The notes: generated by a model not told the origin, from the sequence alone. 64,000 nucleotides of DNA from Octopus sinensis (GCF_006345805.1 NC_043017.1:5084001-5148000); one strand, 5' to 3'. Positions 1 to 13,421 are shown, counted from the first letter of the stretch. Translations and numbers: made by a program.

Positions 1-168
1 ATATATATATAATATATATATATATATATGTATGTGTATGTATGTGTGCATTGTGATTTGATTTTTCGTACTAGATTGAAGCTGATTGACAGAATGAAGA
101 TTTTTGAGTGAAAAATATTCTCTGATTCGAACGAGACAAATCGAAATAAAGATTGTTGTGTGGGCGAA

Positions 169-180
169 GGGGAATTTCCC
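169..180. promoter_or_regulatory. NF-kB/Rel consensus site GGGGAATTTCCC
   Basis: Exact match to GGGRNWYYCC in non-repetitive sequence; single motif, function unsupported. Confidence 0.2.
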
Positions 181-411
181 ATGATGCATTTCTGCATGAT
201 GAACCTCTAAGTCTGGGTTAAAAAGTTCTTTTTCTTTTATTTTTTATTTTTGTTTTTTGTTTTACGCCCAAAACCAATAATTCCATTGATGGTAAAATCT
301 CTCTTCTTTCTGATCCAATTCTTTGTATGTTTCTGTATTCTCTAAACATATGGTCATATTCTTCCGATTCTCTATCTTGCAGAGACTCTCTTGCTGGTTG
401 TACAAGTGTAG

Positions 412-1090
412 TTCTCTCTCTCTCTCTCTGTCTATCTATCTCCTTCTGTCTCCTATTCTCTCCCTCCTACTCTCCCTGTTTCTCTCTCTCTCTTGCTCTC
501 TCTTTCTCTGTTCCCCTTCTCTGTCTCTATCTCCTTCCTCTCTCTCTCTCCTCTCACTGTGTATCCCTTCCTCTCCGTCTCTCTCCTTTCTGCCTGTCTC
601 TCTCTCTCTCTCTCTCCCTCTGTATATCTATGTCTCTCTCTCCTTCCTCTCTGTCTCCCATGTCTGTCTGCCTTTCTCTCCTCACTCCCTCTGAATATCT
701 ATGTCTCTGTCTCCCCTCCCTCTCCATCTCTCTCTCCTCTCACATTCTCTCTCCTGTCTGTCTCTCCTCCCTCTCTGTCTCTCACCTCTCTCCCTCTATA
801 TATCTATGTCTCTGTCTCTCTCCTCTCCCTCTCTGTCTCTCCCCCTCCTCTCTGTCTCTCTCCTCATTCCCCTCATTGTGTATTTCTCTCTCTCTCCCTC
901 CCTTTTCTATCTCTCTCACCTCTCTCCTGTATATATCTGTATCTCTGTCTCCTCCCTCTCTGTCTCTCTCCTCTCTCCCCTCACTGTATCTCTCCCCCTT
1001 TCTGTCTGTCTCTCTCACCTCTCTCCCTCTATATATATATATCTCTCTCCCTCCCTCTCTGTCTGTCTATTTCTCTATCTTTTCTTTCTC
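412..1090. repeat. Compound CT-rich microsatellite / low-complexity tract
   Basis: (CT)n with CTGT/CTAT interruptions; source of the S/L-rich spurious ORFs. Confidence 0.95.
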
Positions 1091-1631
1091 CCCCCCCCCA
1101 GCTTATTTTCATTTCAGCTTACAATTGCAGATTCTTCCCCAGTCAATTCTATTTTAACCTAATTTACCGTTCTTAGAGAGAAAAACCTCTTTCATCTAGA
1201 AAATCTTTGAAGAGCAAATTCTTTTTTTTTTCATTATTATTATTATTATTATTGAAAAAAAATAGTCATTACATAGAAATTTTGGTCCTCTTTGAATCAC
1301 CAAACTCTTACTTCCATTGCAGAAAAAATTTAAAAAAAACATGAAATGGAAGAATTTACTGGTTCCATCAGAGTAGAATTTAGTGACTGTAAAACCTGAA
1401 AGTGTTTGGGTCGATGGGGGGGGGGGAGTACTTAGAAGAAAGAAAGAAAGGAAGAAATGAAAGAGACAGAGGAAGAATTATAATGGGTCAAAAAGTATGA
1501 TAGATCATACTTAATAGCCGTTTGTTACTGGGTGGGGGTTAATTAATCGAGCGTAAAGGAAGAATTGAGGTGATTTAATTATCTTGTAGATTTGGGGGAA
1601 AGAACAGACTGAAACGAAATCTCCATTGTTA

Positions 1632-1880
1632 CAAAAATTAACAAAAGTATTAAAAAAAATAAATATATATATATATGTAAAATTTAACAAAAGTATAAAA
1701 AAAAATAAATATATATATATGTAAAATTTAACAAAAGTATTAAAGAATAGAAATATAAAAAATTCACAAAAGCATTTAAAAATAGATATATAAAAAAGAT
1801 TAACAAAAGTATTAAAAAAATTAAAATATAAAAAATTAACAAAGGCATTTAAAAATAAATATATAAAAAATAAAAGTTAT

Positions 1881-1885
<5 letters not shown>
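1632..1885. repeat. Degenerate AT-rich tandem repeat (AAAATTAACAAAAGTATTAAAAAAATAAATATATA-like, about 33-43 bp units)
   Basis: TTAACAAAAGTAT core recurs about 6-7 times. Confidence 0.8.
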
Positions 1886-1923
<38 letters not shown>

Positions 1924-1926
<3 letters not shown>

Positions 1927-2024
1927 TGCAGGAGTGGCTGTGTGGTAAGTAACTTGCTTACCAACCACATGGTTCTCGGTTCAGTCCCACTGCGTGGCAC
2001 CTTGGGCAAGTGCTTCTACTATAG
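1924..2024 (+). mobile_element. 5' fragment of tRNA-derived SINE family S1
   Basis: GGAGTGGCTGTGTGGTAAGT...GGTTCAGTCCCACTGCGTGGCACCTTGGGCAAGTG, matches heads of full copies at 23565 and 41828. Confidence 0.85.
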
Positions 2025-2169
2025 CACTCTCCCTCCCACTGTGTCTCTCTCCCCTCACTGTATTTCTCTCTCCTCCTCTCTGTCTGTCTATCTCTCTATC
2101 TTTTCATTCTCCAGAATTATTTTTTTCTATAATTTACAAATAATTTGTGACTATTTAATGGCAAAAGGT

Positions 2170-2512
2170 GTATAGAATATAACAGTTGTTGGAGTATATA
2201 ATACTTCAATTATTGGTATATATAATATGGTTGATGACATATATAATATTATTGTTGGTATGTACAAAATATACTGTTCTTAGTATATATTATATTGCCA
2301 TTCATGGCACATAATTACTGTTGGTTTGTATGCTGGTATGTATAGTACAACTGTTGTTTGGTGTGTATATAATATTACTTTCAATAATGTAGATAGTATT
2401 ACTGTTAATGGCATATATAATGTTACTATTGATGGCATGTAAAATATTGCTGTCTGTAGTGTGTATAAAATTACTGTTTATGGTGTGTAAAATATTATTG
2501 CAGATAATATTT
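2170..2512. repeat. Degenerate minisatellite (AATATTACTGTTGTTGGTGTGTAT-like, about 25-29 bp), resumes at about 3585-3645 after the SINE/mariner insertions
   Basis: Recurring AATATTACTGTT core on both sides of the inserted elements. Confidence 0.7.
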
Positions 2513-2513
2513 A

Positions 2514-2782
2514 TGGAGGTGCAATGGCCCAGTGGTTAGGGCAGCAGACTCGCGGTTGGAGGATCACGGTTTCGATTCCCAGACTGGGCATTGTGTGTGT
2601 TTGTTGAGCGTAAACACCTAAAGCTCCACGAGGCTCTGGCAGGGGTTGGTGGCGAACCCTGTTGTACTCTTTTACCCCAACTTTCTTTCACTCTTTCTTC
2701 CTGTTTCTTGAGTAACGCTGCAATGGACTGGTGTCCTGTCCAGCTGGGGGGAACACATACACCATAGAAACCGAGAAACCGG
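2514..2782 (+). mobile_element. tRNA-derived SINE
   Basis: A-box TGGCCCAGTGG and B-box-like GTTTCGATTCC head; 3' part resembles 34365-34540. Confidence 0.8.
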
Positions 2783-2789
2783 TTTTTTT

Positions 2790-3581
2790 TCATCCAAATG
2801 ATTTTGAAGACTGCAGACTAAATGATAATCAGATGGGGCAATGTCTGGTGAAAATGGCAGGTGGGGCATCGTTTCCCATTCAAATTGTGCCAGCCTTTGG
2901 AATATCATCCTTGCTGTATGTGGCTGAACATTATCCTAATGGAAGAACACCTTTCCTCTTGAAATAAAGATGGTTGTTTTTCTACTAACGCTGACTTAAG
3001 CCACTCAAGCTGCTTACAGTGGATCTCTTTTGGTATCATTTGGTTTGTGAGGAACCCATTGACCCAATTTTCTGACTTTTCTGATGGCACGCGGGTGTTG
3101 ATGAATGGTTGAATGACCAATCCAAGATTCTCTGCTGGTTCCTCAACAGTTACGATGGTATTTTGTTCCACAGGGTTTGCAGGACATCCTTGTCGAGTTC
3201 TACAGATCTTCCAGGACAAGGCTTGTCTTCTAGGCTGCAGTTTCCGGCTTGGAATTTCTGGAACAACCATTGACATCGGCTTATGCTTATTGTCCGATCC
3301 CCATATACTGCATTAATATTCCTCGCACTTTCCATTGTTGCCTTTATTGAAATTACAAAGCAAAATGTGCTGAATATGTTCCTTTGTCACTTCCATTATA
3401 GCTTTGGTAAAATAACTGTTAAAATCAAGCTGCACTCTTCAGAACTTGCACTAAGAATAAGGCCAAGGTGAAATTACTACCTGCTTTAATAACAAGTTGA
3501 TGCAGGTAGTTTAACCCATCCCTCCTCTGACTTTTAGTTCGTGCATCTGAAAAAACTGCATTATTTATGGGATGACCCAAT
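2790..3581 (-). mobile_element. Decayed, internally deleted mariner DNA transposon (transposase pseudogene)
   Basis: Minus-strand ORF fragments: HTH-like ARNINAVYGDRTISISRCQWLFQKFQAGNCSLEDKPCPGR and catalytic-domain motif LPFSPDIAPSDYHLVCSLQNHL (cf. mariner YSPDLAPSDYHLFRSLQN); terminal-repeat-like TTGGGTCATCCCATAAATAATGC at about 3558-3580; frameshifts and stops. Confidence 0.9.
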
Positions 3582-4061
3582 GTGTAATATTACGGTTGAT
3601 GATGTAAATAATTTTACAGTTCCTGGTGTAAAGGATATTACTGATGAGACAATGTTTGATTGATGAGAAAATGAGAAAATAAGCATTACATTTAATAAAG
3701 TAACCTGAATGCTCACAGGTTTAGATATTTATATTTTCAGGCATACAAGTCACTGTAATATGTAATGTAAATATGTTGTGTAATCATCCAAGCATCGTCA
3801 TTATCTTTCTAAACTCTGCTGCATTTCACACGGAACTTTTGGTCCTTGAAAGTCAACTTAATGATTAAGTTAACCTGCTGATTTTTTTTTTCTTATAAAT
3901 TTTGGTCTGAAAAATTTGGCTTATATTCTGAAAAATATGGTACTAAAAATACTTTTACATTTCCCACATTCTTTTATGTATATTATGTATATATTTCTTC
4001 CCCCTTTTTTCCCCCTCTTCAAAAAAACAGAAATGTCTTTCTATTTGTAAATATTCAATAA

Positions 4062-4135
4062 TTTTTTTTTTCTTTTTTTCTCTTTGCAGGTAAGTTGACA
4101 ACTTCTCTCTATATCTCTGGGTCAATCAGGTAATA
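4062..4135 (+). other. Candidate recursive splice site (ratchet point) 1 with 40-nt cryptic RS-exon 4090-4129
   Basis: Long T-rich tract, TTGCAG|GTAAGT at 4089/4090, second donor CAG|GTAATA at 4129/4130; no AG between 4031 and 4087. Confidence 0.65.
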
Positions 4136-4803
4136 TAATATAATACATATCTATACATATATATATATAGTGTGAATGGATAAGGATATGAAATCCAGGC
4201 AGGTGGTACCTTACAAGTAACTATAGCATGATCCAATTTTTGGCTAACCAAATTGAATGAATTAAAACAAGGAGACCGTCCAGAAAAGTTGCAGGAGATT
4301 CCGAAGACGTCTGGAGGTCATAGTTGAATCCAATGTACCGCGATATCCTTTATGTTCTGTTTTTAATTGTATTTGTTATACACACACATGTGTATAGGTT
4401 TGGCAGAACAAACAGGAGAAATAGAACTCTCTACATCAGAATGTATATACTTTCTTATTTCTTATTTTTTAACTGATAGAAAGTTACCAAGGTGGCTCAG
4501 AAACCAAGAGTGTCTTGCATGGAATTTATGAAGCTTACTTTAAATCTGATAGTTCATTTCTTGTATTGATTGAATTTTAATTCTTTCTGGAATATTTGAT
4601 TAAAAATTAATTTTGGAGGGGGTCATGAGAAAATTGCAAATTTTCAAATAGACTGTCTGCTAAACAGAGAATAGTCTTGAGAGGAGATAAAGCTGTGTGT
4701 ATATACATATATATATTATATACATATTATATACATATATATATATATACATACACACACACATGCATATATATACATATGCATATATATATACATATAT
4801 ATA

Positions 4804-4872
<69 letters not shown>

Positions 4873-4925
4873 TATATATATATATATATACACACACATA
4901 TACATATATATATATATACACACAC

Positions 4926-4986
<61 letters not shown>

Positions 4987-5046
4987 TATATATATATATA
5001 CATACACACACATATACCTATATATATATATATATATATTATATAT

Positions 5047-5077
<31 letters not shown>

Positions 5078-5992
5078 ATATATATATATATATTATAATA
5101 TATATATATATATAATCTTCATCGTCATCATTATTTTAACATCCAATTTTCCATGCTTGCATATACACACAGAAATAGAAACATGTTACATTTTTATTTC
5201 TTTTCAAGATCACTCTCTGATTAACAGGAAGATTATTGAAAAATTTGCAATCCTCATGTGACCTTCATTTATTAATTTTTAATTTAGCATTCTAGAAGTA
5301 AAAAAAAAACCCTGTAATTTACTCTTTATAAGAAAGAGACTATCTACTTTGAAGTTAGTCTGATAAGTGGCAAGTACAAAACTCACTTCTCTTTGCACCA
5401 CTTTTGTAATTTCCGCTGATTAAAAATAAATAAGGTGTTTCTTATATAGGTAAAAAAAACCAAAAAAAAACCAAACAAGATGTATTAAGGTTGATGTGCA
5501 GGAAAATTGAAAGAATTGTTTAACGTTTGAAGTGAACATCTCGAAACAATGATGTGGTTGAGAATTTTGCTTCCCAATCTTGTACTTCGGGGTTTCAATT
5601 CCATTGTGTGGCACCTTGAGTCAGTGTCTTCAACTATAGCCCTAGGCGAACCAAAGCCTTGTGAGTGGATTTAGAAGGTGGAAACTGTAAGAAGCCTGTT
5701 ACATCTATGCATATATCCATATAACTATCTGTCTGTTGGTGTGTCTGTCTGCTTATTTGTTTATATGCTTCTATGGAAACAACAGATAAGAGAAAAAGGA
5801 CAGAAAAGAAATGTGTGTGTGTGTGTGTGTACATGCCCAAATATGGTATTGCTGTATTATTTCTTTTACTACTGGATGCTCTGTCGTATGCTAACCTTTG
5901 CCTGCTTTTGAAGTATTCCTCATGACTTCCAAGATATGAAGTGAACACACAAATCATTGACAGGAGAAATGCCATGAACAACACTGCTATAA

Positions 5993-6036
<44 letters not shown>

Positions 6037-6374
6037 ATGTGCACACACTTCAGAGGCTATTTTTTTTTTCAACTTCTGATATGAACTCATAAAAGTTATG
6101 GAATGGAAAATAGAATGAAATCTAATTACAGGATGTGATAAAAACAGGGAGTGCAGAATGTCTTTCAGCAAGAGTTTACATGCAAAGTATTTAAAATGAA
6201 AAGACAAATATAAACAAATAACTTCCCCTCATCAGCCATCAACTAAACTTTATTGTGGTTTTGAACACCTGTTAATGGGACTTCTCTGTAGCTGTAGTTA
6301 GAGCTATCAAAAATAAACCTTACAGAACAGGATAATAAAATAAAATAATCACAGGAACAGAACACAGTATACAC

Positions 6375-6416
<42 letters not shown>

Positions 6417-7475
6417 CAGTTAAAGTTTCTTCCATGGTAAGGTTTCATATGCAATGTTGTAGGTTGAAAAACTTTGATCAATTGAGATAATCCTAGTAAT
6501 TAATAGATAAAAACTCCCTCTAGGGTTATTTGGAATCTAAAAACCAAGCGAAGTAGATAATAACTCCAGTAAGGTCAGTTAATCGAAATTTTTCAACTCA
6601 CTGTATGTAATACCCTACTCTAATTCTGTTTAATATGCAGAATGTTCCCCTGAGGTGTTTTTCCTAAACCATATTGTTAAAATTGCATCTGGTTTTTATC
6701 TCTGCGGCTGGCAGCATATATTTGTAAACATGTTATTACAGTATATTTATGTTTATATGCATACATTCACAAACACATGTGTATGTGTGTGTGTGTGTGC
6801 ATGTGTGTCCATAACAATATAAAAGATACTTTCTCATATCCTGGAAGATAGCCAAACAAACACCAGTTATCAATGTAAAGACTTTATTGGGATGTAAACC
6901 ATCAGTCTGGTGGTATGATGACAGTAATGCAGCTTTATGCATCTCTTATCTCTCTCTCTCTTTTTTGCTTTCTTATTATCTCTCTTTCACGTTCTCTCTT
7001 TCCCTTTCTCATTATCTCTCTCATGCACTCACTTTCGCTCTCTCTCTCTTTCTCTCTCTCTCTATCTATCTTTCTCTCGTGTTATAGCTGGTAATAGAGA
7101 GAGATTGAGAGATCAGAGAAACTGATAGTAATTAACTGTATGGGTGTGTGTGTGTGAGAGAGAAAGAGACAGTAATTAACTGTTTGTGTATGAGAGAGAG
7201 CAAGTGGGCAAGTGGGAGAGAGAGAGACAGACAGACTGACAGAGAGAACAGAAGAACACAGAAGCAAAACCTTTTATTTTTTAACTGGGCAAAAATCAGA
7301 AAAAAATAATGAGAAAAAGTGCTGCACTAAATTTCCATAATTCTGATGAAAGGCAAAAACTGACCCAGATTTGAACTCAAATTGCAGAGATTCAAAACAA
7401 ATAGCACAGCACTTTCTATCTGATGTTCAAATGATTCTGCCACTTCTCCCCCTTATAAATACTACCACCACCACC

Positions 7476-7508
<33 letters not shown>

Positions 7509-7680
7509 TAACATTTCTTATGCATATCCACATTTATTTGAACTATTTGGTTATTTGAATTGACTATATATCTATCTATATATATATATCTATGTATATA
7601 TGTGCGTGTGTGTGTGTGTGTGTGTATAAATATGTATATATATGTGTGTGTGTATGTATATGTGTATATATATATATGTG

Positions 7681-7722
<42 letters not shown>

Positions 7723-7802
7723 TAGGGAGAGTTTACGAAAAAAACAAAATCTACCCGTAAATAATTGTTGGTTTTTTTTAAAATTAATAATTATTTACCC
7801 TT

Positions 7803-7848
<46 letters not shown>

Positions 7849-8233
7849 TACATACACATGTCACGAGATGGTGGTTTCAGTTCCTAGGCCAGATGGTGCG
7901 TTGTGTTCTTGAGCAAAACACTTCATCTCATGTTCCTCTGCGATCACTTTGGCACTTGAGCCACGGTACACCATGCACCTGTTCAGAAAATGTCAATTTC
8001 ACGGACGGAGTTTGATCACCATAAACAAATCCTTTATGTAGGTCGTTCAGCAAACCAGCTGAACACTCATACATCTTCGACGGGAGAGTCTGTCATATTG
8101 TTAATGAAATCATAAGCCTTCACTCTATATTGACAACAGAAAATAGTCTGATGTCAAAGCATAAAAATCCTCATAACATACTAATGCTCTTTGGAATTAC
8201 ATTCTCTACTATTATCATATATATATATATATA

Positions 8234-8453
8234 CCAATTAAGGACTGAACACGAAAAGTGGACAGTCAACATGCTAGATATAGACGTCAAATCGCCATTC
8301 TCCACAAAGATTATGTTCTCAAATAAAATAAAATTCAGCACAATTCAGCTGAATTTTATTTTATTTGAGAACATAATCTTTGTGGAGAATGGCGATTTGA
8401 CGTCTATATCTAGCATGTTGACTGTCCACTTTTCATGTTCAGTCCTTAATTGG
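8234..8453. repeat. Near-perfect 106-bp inverted repeat (8-nt loop) embedded in (TA)n
   Basis: 8234-8339 is the reverse complement of 8348-8453 with one CpG-type mismatch. Confidence 0.95.
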
Positions 8454-8541
8454 TATATATATATATTTTAATCTTCGTATTCTTTTTAATATGCTAGTCC
8501 ACTGGTTTTAATTGACTAATATCAATTTCTACCCTTAATTA

Positions 8542-8584
<43 letters not shown>

Positions 8585-8588
<4 letters not shown>

Positions 8589-8790
8589 AAAGGAATAGAA
8601 AAAAAACAACAATGCGAGGACATGGTACATTCAAAGTATTAATAAGACACTCAGGGAAGGAAAGAATGGGTGTTTTATGTTTCGAGCAAAGCTCTTCTTC
8701 AGGAACAGGAGACAGAGCAAAGTCCAAAAGAGGAGGAAGACAGAGGCAAAAAATCGCCAACAATCCACATGTAGTTACGTATGTTTATAT
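8585..8790 (-). mobile_element. Short (TA)n-inserted element with minimal hammerhead-like motif (Penelope-like derivative)
   Basis: Minus strand of 8671-8707: TGTTC CTGAAGA A GAGC TTT GCTC GAAAC ATA AAACA; homologous to 47175-47370 and 52160-52385. Confidence 0.65.
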
Positions 8791-9794
8791 ATAATGGTTT
8801 CATACATTGATATAGATCCATAAATTGGTAAGGATCATCACTGTGATTGCCGTGTTCTATGCTGGAGTGAGTTGAATGCTTCAACAGGATCTGACTAGCC
8901 TAAGGGCTGTTTTGGTTTCCATTGCCTGCTTTTGCAAGATCCCTCCAGCTGAATATCCTTCCTAGCACCACCTACTACAGAGTGTACTGGTTGCTTTTTG
9001 TTGTTAGAGCACCAGCACTAGTGGGTTACCAAGTAACATGCTAGACCCTTCAAAAAGTAGGGAGTGCAGAATAGGAAATGGAATTGTGCCAGGTGTTGAG
9101 AGAGACTAAAGTAAGATAAAGGGACAAGGGTGAGTGTCTTGCTGTAGAAGAAATACATGGGTACCCCAGTAGGAGAAAGGATGGTAGAGATGAGGACATA
9201 CTCTTAAGGTACAAGAAGGTGAGTAAAGAGAGAGCAGGAAGTGGGGGAGGAACATGCCTTTGTATTCTAAGTTCTAATCCTACTGGAATCGATATTGTCT
9301 TTTCTTCTGAGATTGATAGAATATATTTCAGACATAGAAGAGACATTAATGTGGGCAGGAAGAGAGAAACGGAATGGAATTTGTCAGAATTTACAATGGA
9401 ACTAGGTCACATGTCTTGTTTTTGAAAGCTTTGATTTAGCAGTTCATTAACAGCATTAATTAAATCTCTTCCAATCATTTTAGCTTGTAATTAATGGGTC
9501 TGTGATGGGGGAGAGACAGCGGAGGATAAGAGAGATGTTGTAGAAGCACCAGACGAAAATGTCTTTCAAAATCTAGCATGACCGGGTGGTTAAGAAGCTT
9601 GTTTTGGAACGATGTAGTCTGAAATTCGGTCTCACTGTACAGCACCTTGGGCATATTTCTTTCTACTATAGCCCTGGGTCAATCAATGTCTTATGAGTGG
9701 ATTTGATAGATGGAAACTTTGTGGAAGCCCATGCGTATATGTGTGTGTATAATGATATATGTATAGATTGTTTGAAGTGGTGTGCAAATTTTAT

Positions 9795-9935
9795 ATCTGT
9801 ATATATAAAGCTGAAGTTGTCTGTGTGTGTGTGGCAGGTTAGGTAGCCTTCAACTAACACTATCTCCTCCAAGACCCTGCGGTGCAAGTTGACCAAAATT
9901 GAAAGTATGAGAGAAGAAGGCTTGCTCTTCATTCT
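9795..9935 (+). mobile_element. Possible Helitron-like 5' fragment
   Basis: TCTGTATATATAAAGCTGAAGTTGTCTGTGTGTG start resembles non-autonomous Helitron 5' ends; no 3' CTRR hairpin seen. Confidence 0.35.
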
Positions 9936-10355
9936 GTAGAAAAAAAATCTTCTATATATATATATATGCAATGGGATTCTTCCAGTTTCCATCTACCAAA
10001 TCCACTCACAAGGCTTTGGTTGGTTCGAGGCTGTAGTAAAAGACACTTGCGCAAGGTACCACGCAGTAGGACTGAACTCAAAACCATGTGGTTGGGAAGC
10101 AACCTTCTTACCACACAGCCATGCCTGCGCCTATTTATTTATTTATTTATTTATTTAATCCAAAAGGGACAGCATAAAAAAAAGAATTTTATTTAGAGTT
10201 AATACTATAAAGTCAAAGGTTAGAAATATACTCATTGGTTTCTGTTGACCTCCAATAGTTAAGGGTCAAACTCTTGCAGATAACTTTAGAGAGTGTATCT
10301 TGACATTTAATATATTAGCTTTCACGTGATATTACGCATAACAAATACATCCATA

Positions 10356-10391
<36 letters not shown>

Positions 10392-10396
10392 TATAT

Positions 10397-10429
<33 letters not shown>

Positions 10430-10994
10430 TATATACATAGACATATATATATATATAGACACATACATACATATATATATATATTATATATATATATACA
10501 TGCACACAAATGCATGTGCATAGAGAAATATACATGCATATATGCACTGAAATGCAGATATGCACACGCACACAGGAGACCCCCACCCCCGGCTCCCCAT
10601 TCATTTTCAAATCTATTCGGTGGCAACAGTGAATAAAATATTATTTTCATTCTAAATGGATTAAAAAGACAATATGCAGGAGAGGGCGGCGGTGATGGTG
10701 GCACCAATATACCACCACCACCACCACCATCATCATCATCACAACCATCATCATCACCATGATCATCATCGTCATCACCTTCATCAGCATTTTGAAACAA
10801 GTTCCTGTTGATAACCTTCGTTATTAGAGAGCAAGTGCAATAATAAACAGCAATACGGTTCCCATGGTTACCAATGGTTAAATAATGGTTAGAAGGAAGG
10901 TTACCAAAATATTTTAAATGCGAGAGAAATGCTGTTGTTTCTTTCATTATTTTGCTTTATGTGTGTATGTGTGTATATATGTATGTGTATGTGT

Positions 10995-11038
<44 letters not shown>

Positions 11039-11497
11039 TGTGGGGGGGTTTGTTCATATCTCGTCTTTTGAGAATAAGGCTGTTTACTAATTTACTGATG
11101 AGTGACGATACCATTTATCCTCGTTTAATCAAGAGATAAGATAACGAAATAAAAGACAGAAAAAAGAGGTGGGACTCGTACTCTTAAATATTAAATGCTA
11201 ATTAGTAATATTTTTAATATCATATTGGCAACGAAGATCTCATCTAGAAGAATTAGAATAATAGAGGTGTGTGGGCGGGTGGGGGAGGTTGGGGTGGTGG
11301 TATTGGACATATTAATATTGGAACATTCTGGAAGTTTATATTTTATTTATATTTTGTCATCTAATTACGCTGACTCATCTGGAAATAAATCATCATCATC
11401 TTCGTTTAATAATGGCAATGTTTCCATTTTTGTTGGGGTTTAACACCTCTTTTTGGTACATTATTTGGCACTTTAATACTACTACTACTACTACTAC

Positions 11498-11719
11498 AAA
11501 GGTGGTGAGCTGGCAGAATCATTAAAATACCAGGCAAAATGCATAGCGGCATTTCATCTGTCTTCGGGTTCTGAGCTCAAACTCTGGCGTGGTTGACTTT
11601 GCCTTTCATCTTTTCTGGGTCGATAAAATAAATACCAGCCAAGCACTGGGGTTGATGTAATCTACTTGTCCCCTCCCACGAAATTGCTGGCCTTGTGCTA
11701 AAATTTGAAACCATTATTA

Positions 11720-11761
<42 letters not shown>

Positions 11762-11990
11762 TATTATTATTATGACAAAGGCAGCGAGCAGGTAGAATCA
11801 TTAGCATGCCAGGCAAAATACTTAGTGATATTTTATCTGTCTTTATGTTCTTGGTTCAAATCTTATTGTAGTCAACTTTGCCTTTTAACCTTTTGGGGGT
11901 CAGTCAATTAAGTACCAGTGAAACACTGGGGTCAATGTAGTCAACTAGTCCCCTCTCCCCAAATTTCAGGCCTTGTGCCTATAGTAGAAA
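11498..11990 (+). mobile_element. Two adjacent copies of SINE family S2 separated by (ATT)n
   Basis: AAGGYRGYGAGCTGGCAGAATC...GACTTTGCCTTTCATCCTTT...GGGGTC consensus at 11498-11712 and 11778-11990. Confidence 0.9.
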
Positions 11991-12104
11991 GTTTACTCAG
12001 CTGGCAAAAATGAGTCGCACCTGTAATTCAAAGGGACAGCCTTGCCACATTCCACTTCACGCTGAATCTCCCTGAGCGAATTATCAGCCGTACAGGCAAA
12101 TTAA

Positions 12105-12410
12105 TAAAATATATACATACAATATTAGATATGTACATATATACACAAGGGTAGTACATGAGTACCTATATCGCTAATGATAGATTAGCGAAACCGGTAC
12201 CGAGTTGACCAGCATTTACTTGTTCTGACCCATTTGATGTAAGACATTATTATTGTTCACTGATATTTTTTCCTATCTTGTCTGTAATAGATTTGTGACT
12301 ATTTGGTGGTACAGAAGTATTTTTTGACTTCTATCATTAGTGATATAGGTACTCATGTAGTACTCTTGTGTATATATGTACATATCTAATATTGTATGTA
12401 TATGTTTTAT
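12105..12410. mobile_element. Inverted-repeat element (about 80-bp arms, about 145-bp spacer) next to (TA)n, with degenerate hammerhead-like motif
   Basis: 12105-12184 pairs with 12330-12410; CTAATGA TAGATTAGC GAAAC CG GTA at about 12174-12199. Confidence 0.7.
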
Positions 12411-12430
12411 ATATATATGTATATATATAC

Positions 12431-12555
12431 CAACCACATGGTTCCGGGTTCAGTCCCCTGCGTGGCACCTTGGGCAAGTGTCTTCTACTATAGCCTCGGG
12501 CCGACCAAAGCCTTGTGAGTGGATTTGGTAGACGGAAACTGAAAGAAGCCCGTCG

Positions 12556-12627
<72 letters not shown>

Positions 12628-12853
12628 TGTGTGTGTTTGTGTGTCTGTGTTTGTCCCCCTAGCATTGCTTGACAACCGATGCTGGTGTGTTTATGTCCCC
12701 GTTACTTAGCGGTTCAGCAAAAGAGACCGATAGAATAAGTACTGGGCTTACAAAAGAATAAGTCCTGGGGTCGAGTTGCTTGATTAAAGGCAGTGCTCCA
12801 GCATGGCCGCAGTCAAATGACTGAAACAAGTAAAAGAGTAAAAGAGTAAAGAG
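12431..12853 (+). mobile_element. SINE family S1, nearly full length, with internal (TA)n
   Basis: Near-identical to 23565-23965; ends GACTGAAACAAGTAAAAGAGTAAAAGAG. Confidence 0.92.
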
Positions 12854-13421
12854 TATATGTATGTATGCATGTATGTATGTATGTATGTATGTATGTATCA
12901 AATATTAACCAAATTTCTGATTGATATTTGATACGAACCAATTGTGTAGAATTTGGGGATGTTTAAATGAATATTTCTGCAAGCAGAAACTTTTGAATGT
13001 GTTATTGTAATGATTTCAGATACAAACTCTTGTTTAGATCTGCAATATAGAAAATATTGATTCTTTATAGATCTATTGATCTCTAATAGACCAATTTCTA
13101 TCAATAAATACTCACATGATTGATTTTTTACTGCTGTTCAGCATTCCTACTTTAGACATTGCTGCACTGGGATTATTTTTGATAGGTTTTTTTTTTGTTT
13201 GGCGCAGGGCCGGCGGGGGGGGGGGTACAAATCAGTGGAGCATTTTGGTATTTGTGAAACATGGCAGTGTGGTTAAGAAGTTTGATTTCCAACCTGGTGG
13301 TTTGGGTTCAATTCCCCTGTGTGGCTCCTTGGACAAATAAAATGTCTTTTGCTATACTCTCAGGTTGACTAGATCCTTGTGAATAGATTTAATAGATGGA
13401 AACTGAAAGAAGCCTGTCACA

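Noticed and set aside
345-395. Acceptor-like TCTATCTTGCAG at about 382
   Set aside because: Runs straight into the (CT)n array with no donor
323-1176. Long S/L/C-rich ORFs up to 276 aa
   Set aside because: Translations of a (CT)n compound microsatellite, open in several frames
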